In this document: piece by piece, positions 34,182 through 38,464 of the stretch | Layout: each line of letters opens with the position of its first letter | Position numbering within the stretch: position 1 is the first letter of the stretch | IMG/VR virus record: IMGVR_UViG_2698536454_000007 | DNA: 38,464 nucleotides | Source of the DNA: a virus | Lineage: Duplodnaviria > Heunggongvirae > Uroviricota > Caudoviricetes | Reading direction: 5' to 3' (one strand) | Translations under genes and position numbers: made by a program | The notes under the pieces: model-generated | The model's input: only the letters and a program-made list of their open reading frames with translations | Database searches by the model: none | What the model was told of the DNA's origin: nothing

Positions 34182-37100
34182 ATGGGCAAAGGTGGCGGCA
34201 GGGCGCACACGCCTCGAGAGGCGAAGGATAATCTCAAATCCACGCAGATGATGAGTGTGATTGATGCGATTGGTGAGGGACCGATAGAAGGCCCGGTGAA
34301 GGGGCTGCAGAGTATCCTGGTGAACAAACCCCCGCTGACGGACACGGACGGCAATCCTGTGATACACGGTGTGACCGCGGTCTGGCGCGCCGGGGAGCAG
34401 GAGCAGACACCACCGGAAGGCTTTGAGTCCTCCGGAGCTGAAACCGGACTGGGCGTGGAAGTGACGAAGGCAAAGCCGGTAACGCGCACCATTACATCCG
34501 CGAACATTGACCGCCTGCGGGTCACCTTCGGGGTGCAGTCACTGTTGGAGACCACCTCAAAGGGCGACCGTAATCCCTCTTCTGTCCGACTGCTGATTCA
34601 GTTGCAGCGTAACGGTAACTGGGTGACGGAAAAGGATGTCACCATTAACGGCAAGACCACCTCACAGTACCTGGCGTCGGTGATTCTGGAGAATCTGCCT
34701 GAGCGGCCCTTTAACATCCGGATGGTCCGGGAGACAGCGGACAGCACCTCGGACCAGCTGCAGAATAAGACGCTCTGGTCGTCATACACCGAAATCATCG
34801 ATGTGAAACAGTGCTACCCGAACACGGCGATTGTGGGGCTGCAGGTGGATGCGGAGCAGTTTGGCGGTCAGCAGATGACGGTGAACTACCATATCCGAGG
34901 TCGCATCATCCAGGTGCCGTCAAACTATGACCCGGAAAAACGCACGTACAGCGGCATCTGGGACGGCAGCCTGAAACCGGCATACAGCAACAACCCGGCC
35001 TGGTGCCTGTGGGACATGCTGACTCACCCGCGCTACGGCATGGGAAAACGTCTGGTGGCGGCGGATGTTGACAAGTGGGCGCTGTATGCCATCGGGCAGT
35101 ACTGCGACCAGACGGTCCCGGATGGTTTCGGGGGCACAGAGCCGCGGATGACCTTTAATGCGTACCTGTCACAACAGCGTAAGGCATGGGATGTGCTCAG
35201 TGATTTCTGCTCGGCGATGCGCTGTATGCCGGTATGGAACGGCCAGACGCTGACGTTCGTTCAGGACCGCCCGTCGGATGTGGTGTGGCCGTACACCAAC
35301 TGCGATGTGGTGGTGGATGATAACGGCGTGGGGTTTCGCTACAGCTTCAGCGCCCTGAAGGACCGCCACACGGCGGTGGAGGTGAATTACACCGACCCGC
35401 AGAACGGCTGGCAGACCTCCACGGAACTGGTGGAAGACCCGGAAGCCATACTGCGCTACGGGCGCAACCTGCTGAAGATGGATGCGTTCGGTTGCACCAG
35501 TCGCGGTCAGGCCCACCGTGCCGGGCTGTGGGTGATAAAGACCGGACTGCTGGAAACGCAGACGGTGGATTTCACGCTCGGGTCACAGGGGCTGCGTCAC
35601 ACACCCGGTGACATTATTGAAATCTGTGATAACGACTATGCCGGGACCATGACCGGCGGACGTATCCTGTCCATCGATGCCGCCAGCCGCACCCTGACAC
35701 TGGACCGTGAGGTGACCCTGCCGGAGACAGGTGCCGCCACGGTGAACCTGATTAACGGCAGCGGTAAGCCGGTGAGCGTGGCCATCACTGCACACCCCGC
35801 GCCGGACCGGATACAGGTCAGCACCCTGCCTGATGGTGTGGAGACATACGGTGTATGGGGACTCTCCCTGCCGTCACTGCGTCGTCGCCTGTTCCGCTGT
35901 GTCTCCATCCGGGAAAACACGGACGGCACCTTTGCCATCACGGCGGTGCAGCACGTACCGGAAAAAGAAGCCATTGTGGATAACGGGGCCAGCTTTGAGC
36001 CACTGTCCGGTTCGCTGAACAGCGTCATCCCGCCGGCTGTGCAGCACCTGACGGTGGAGGTGAGCGCGGCTGACGGTCAGTATCTGGCACAGGCGAAATG
36101 GGACACGCCGCGGGTGGTGAAGGGTGTGCGCTTCAGTCTGCGCCTGACCAACGGAAGCGGAGAAGACAGCCGTCTGGTGACCACCGCCATCACTGCGGAT
36201 ACAGAGCATCGTTTCAGTGGTCTGCCGCTCGGGGAATACACCCTGACAGTCAGGGCAATTAACAGGTATGGCCAGCAGGGCGAACCGGCCACCACCACCT
36301 TCCGGATTAACGCGCCAGCAAAACCCGCCACCATTGAACTGACGCCGGGGTATTTTCAGATAACGGCGGTCCCGCGTCTTGCGGTGTATGACCCGACGGT
36401 ACAGTTTGAGTTCTGGTTTTCGGAGGCAAAAATCGCAGACACATCTCAGGTGGAAACCTCTGCCCGTTATCTGGGGACCGGCAGTCAGTGGAGTGTATCC
36501 GGCCCGCACATTAAGCCCGGGAAGGATTTCTGGTTTTACGTGCGCAGCGTCAACCTGGTGGGGAAATCTGCGTTTGTGGAAGTCAGCGGGCAGCCCAGCA
36601 ATGATGGTGAAGGGTATCTGGAATTTTTCCGGGAAAAAATAGGAAAACTGCATCTGGCTCAGGGGCTATGGGAGCTGATAGACAACAGCCAGCTTGCGGA
36701 TGAGATGGCGGAGATGAAGACCACCATCACCGAAACCCGCAATGAAATCACACAGACGGTCAGTAAAACGCTGGAAGACCAGAGCGCCACCATTCAGCAG
36801 ATACAGCGCGTGCAGAAGGACACAAATGATGACCTGGCTGCGCTGTACATGCTGAAGGTTCAAAAAACGAAAGACGGCATTCCCTATGTGGCCGGGATTG
36901 GTGCAGGGATTGAGGATACTGATGGCCAGCCACTGAGCAACATACTGCTGCTGGCTGACCGTATCGCGATGATAAATCCGGAGAGCGGCAACAGCACTCC
37001 GTTATTTGTGGCGCAGGGGAATCAGCTGTTCATGAACGACGTGTTCCTGAAGCGTCTGTTTGCGGCGAGTATCACGTCATCCGGCAACCCCCCGACGTTT

Positions 37101-37658
37101 TCCCTGACGCCGGAAGGGAAGCTGACAGCCAGGAACGCGGATATCAGCGGAGCAATTACCGCGAATACCGGCACGCTCAATAATGTCACCATTAACGAGA
37201 ACTGTGTCATCAGAGGGAAACTGTCTGCAAACCAGATTGAAGGCGACCTGGTGAAGACGGTGGGGAAAGCCTTTCCCCGGAATAACAGTTATGCCAGCGG
37301 GACGGTAACCGTCACAGTTTACGATGACCAGGGCTTCGACCGGCAGATTATCATTCCCCCGGTGCTGTTTCGCGGGACGAAACACCAGAATTTCAACAGC
37401 CCGAATCAGCAGTCGTACTGGTATTCCACCTGTAAGCTGCAGGTGCTGAAGAACGGGGTTGAGATTTTCCATGAACCGGCAACGGATGTCAGCCGGGTGT
37501 TCTCATCGGTGATAGATATGCCGGCAGGGCGGGGTCATGTCACCCTGACGTTTAATGTGTCGTCGGCCGGTGCGAACAACTGGACGCCGACAACGTACAT
37601 CAGTGATTTACTGGTTGTGGTCATGAAAAAATCCACGGCAGGGATCAGTATCAGCTGA
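34182..37658 (+). CDS. J: Tail tip / host-specificity protein J
   Basis: 1158 aa; position and size as lambda J; GAGAGGAA Shine-Dalgarno. Confidence 0.9.
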   Translation: MGKGGGRAHTPREAKDNLKSTQMMSVIDAIGEGPIEGPVKGLQSILVNKPPLTDTDGNPVIHGVTAVWRAGEQEQTPPEGFESSGAETGLGVEVTKAKPVTRTITSANIDRLRVTFGVQSLLETTSKGDRNPSSVRLLIQLQRNGNWVTEKDVTINGKTTSQYLASVILENLPERPFNIRMVRETADSTSDQLQNKTLWSSYTEIIDVKQCYPNTAIVGLQVDAEQFGGQQMTVNYHIRGRIIQVPSNYDPEKRTYSGIWDGSLKPAYSNNPAWCLWDMLTHPRYGMGKRLVAADVDKWALYAIGQYCDQTVPDGFGGTEPRMTFNAYLSQQRKAWDVLSDFCSAMRCMPVWNGQTLTFVQDRPSDVVWPYTNCDVVVDDNGVGFRYSFSALKDRHTAVEVNYTDPQNGWQTSTELVEDPEAILRYGRNLLKMDAFGCTSRGQAHRAGLWVIKTGLLETQTVDFTLGSQGLRHTPGDIIEICDNDYAGTMTGGRILSIDAASRTLTLDREVTLPETGAATVNLINGSGKPVSVAITAHPAPDRIQVSTLPDGVETYGVWGLSLPSLRRRLFRCVSIRENTDGTFAITAVQHVPEKEAIVDNGASFEPLSGSLNSVIPPAVQHLTVEVSAADGQYLAQAKWDTPRVVKGVRFSLRLTNGSGEDSRLVTTAITADTEHRFSGLPLGEYTLTVRAINRYGQQGEPATTTFRINAPAKPATIELTPGYFQITAVPRLAVYDPTVQFEFWFSEAKIADTSQVETSARYLGTGSQWSVSGPHIKPGKDFWFYVRSVNLVGKSAFVEVSGQPSNDGEGYLEFFREKIGKLHLAQGLWELIDNSQLADEMAEMKTTITETRNEITQTVSKTLEDQSATIQQIQRVQKDTNDDLAALYMLKVQKTKDGIPYVAGIGAGIEDTDGQPLSNILLLADRIAMINPESGNSTPLFVAQGNQLFMNDVFLKRLFAASITSSGNPPTFSLTPEGKLTARNADISGAITANTGTLNNVTINENCVIRGKLSANQIEGDLVKTVGKAFPRNNSYASGTVTVTVYDDQGFDRQIIIPPVLFRGTKHQNFNSPNQQSYWYSTCKLQVLKNGVEIFHEPATDVSRVFSSVIDMPAGRGHVTLTFNVSSAGANNWTPTTYISDLLVVVMKKSTAGISIS

Positions 37659-37670
37659 CGGTTTATTAAC

Positions 37671-37703
37671 CCGGACGGGCACCTCAGGAGGTGCCTTTTT
37701 TAT
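37671..37703 (+). terminator. Terminator after J
   Basis: GGCACCTC-AG-GAGGTGCC hairpin followed by TTTTTTATT. Confidence 0.6.
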
Positions 37704-37726
37704 TGACTGAAAACAAAGAGGTAATC

Positions 37727-38350
37727 ATGCGGCATTTATACGCAACGATATTATTGTTTACTACCCTGCTGGCAGGAATTGCCTTTCCTGCACAGGCTGA
37801 AAGCGGACACGGTGCATTTTCCGTGGGATATGCTCAGGTTCACCCGGGCGGCGTACCGGCATTGTCCGGTACCGGTGCGCGTGCAGGTGATTTAAAAGGG
37901 ATTAATGTGAAATACCGTTATGAGTTCACGGATCACCTGGGCGGCATTGTCGCGCTGAGTTATGCATCGGTGAAGAAAAGTGACACGATGAAGACGGGTG
38001 AAAATACCTTCCATTATGAAAGCCTGCGCGGTCGTTATGTCAGTCTGATGGCCGGCCCTGTCTGGCAGCTCAGTGAGCGGGTCAGTCTCTATGGCATGGC
38101 CGGGATGGCGTACACCCGCTGGTCTGACAGTGTTCAGGATTACCGGCGTGATGAAGTGAAACCGGGGTATGTGAAGGAGACCACCACCGCCAGTGATGGT
38201 CATACTGCGCGTCATCTGTCGCCGGCCTGGAATGCCGGGATTCAGTTCAGTCCCGTAGAGACGGTGGTTATTGACCTTGCTTATGAAGGTTCCGGCAGTG
38301 GCGACTGGCGCACTGACGGTTTCATCGTGGGTGTCGGCTATAAATTCTGA
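37727..38350 (+). CDS. lom: Lom-like outer membrane protein (Ail/Lom/OmpX beta-barrel family)
   Basis: Signal peptide MRHLYATILLFTTLLAGIAFPAQA; beta-strand-rich body ending ...GVGYKF (C-terminal aromatic); AAGAGG Shine-Dalgarno. Confidence 0.8.
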   Translation: MRHLYATILLFTTLLAGIAFPAQAESGHGAFSVGYAQVHPGGVPALSGTGARAGDLKGINVKYRYEFTDHLGGIVALSYASVKKSDTMKTGENTFHYESLRGRYVSLMAGPVWQLSERVSLYGMAGMAYTRWSDSVQDYRRDEVKPGYVKETTTASDGHTARHLSPAWNAGIQFSPVETVVIDLAYEGSGSGDWRTDGFIVGVGYKF

Positions 38351-38377
38351 TTAGCCAGGTAACACAGTGTTATGACA

Positions 38378-38404
38378 GCCCGCCGGTTCAGGCGGGCTTT
38401 TTTG
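38378..38404 (+). terminator. Terminator after lom
   Basis: AGCCCGCC-GGTTCA-GGCGGGCT hairpin followed by TTTTT. Confidence 0.7.
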
Positions 38405-38414
38405 TGGGGTGAAT

Positions 38415-38464
38415 ATGGCAGTAAAGATTTCAGGTGTACTGAAAGACGGCACAGGAAAACCGGT
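38415..38464 (+). CDS. stf: Side tail fibre protein (Stf-like), first 16 codons only; continues beyond the window
   Basis: MAVKISGVLKDGTGKP matches the recalled N-terminus of lambda Stf; GGGGTGA Shine-Dalgarno. Confidence 0.6.
   Translation, partial: MAVKISGVLKDGTGKP

Noticed and set aside
34049-34555. Upstream part of the 344-aa minus-strand ORF that contains sodC
   Set aside because: SodC has a clear start (ATG 34048 with GAGGG and a signal peptide). The extension overlaps the 5' end of J and is an open shadow frame.
1-38464. CRISPR arrays, integrase, attachment sites
   Set aside because: No short direct repeats with spacer periodicity were seen, and no integrase or att core lies within the window; the prophage ends are outside it.

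Overview
This window is one contiguous stretch of a lambdoid prophage from an E. coli-like enterobacterium. No integrase or att site lies inside it. From left to right, by reading the sequence: (1) a leftward Qin-type dicB operon (ydfA/B/C-like small genes, DicF sRNA, dicB, ydfD, start of a ydfE-like gene) under a DicA-like repressor, with a divergent DicC-like Cro and palindromic TTGTTAGAT operators; (2) a rightward early operon with a YdaT-like gene and a replication initiator that carries five ~23-bp iterons inside its own coding sequence; (3) an AT-rich cargo island with a standalone 343-aa SIR2-like protein, followed by a hok/mok type I toxin locus; (4) rem-like, DUF968 (YdfU-like), RusA and a Q-like antiterminator with a downstream terminator; (5) late-operon cargo: a small HTH gene, an orphan N6-adenine methyltransferase, three tRNAs (CAU, Arg-UCG, Arg-UCU), a structured non-coding slot where Stx phages carry stxAB, and a NanS-p esterase; (6) a lysis cassette (dual-start S21-type pinholin, SAR endolysin, Rz/Rz1) interrupted by extra small genes; (7) a PerC-like regulator and an RHH-like gene next to cos, whose cohesive end matches lambda but whose cosB repeats do not; (8) a lambda-like morphogenesis set Nu1, A, W, B, C/Nu3, D, E, FI, FII, Z, U, V, G/G-T, H, M, L, K, I, J, lom and the start of stf, with a periplasmic Cu,Zn-SOD moron on the opposite strand between I and J. 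The strongest candidate for an undescribed system is the SIR2-like gene at 5208-6239, which sits in the slot that Qin fills with relBE, beside hok. All homology calls rest on my recollection of protein families and motifs read from the translations; no database search was run.
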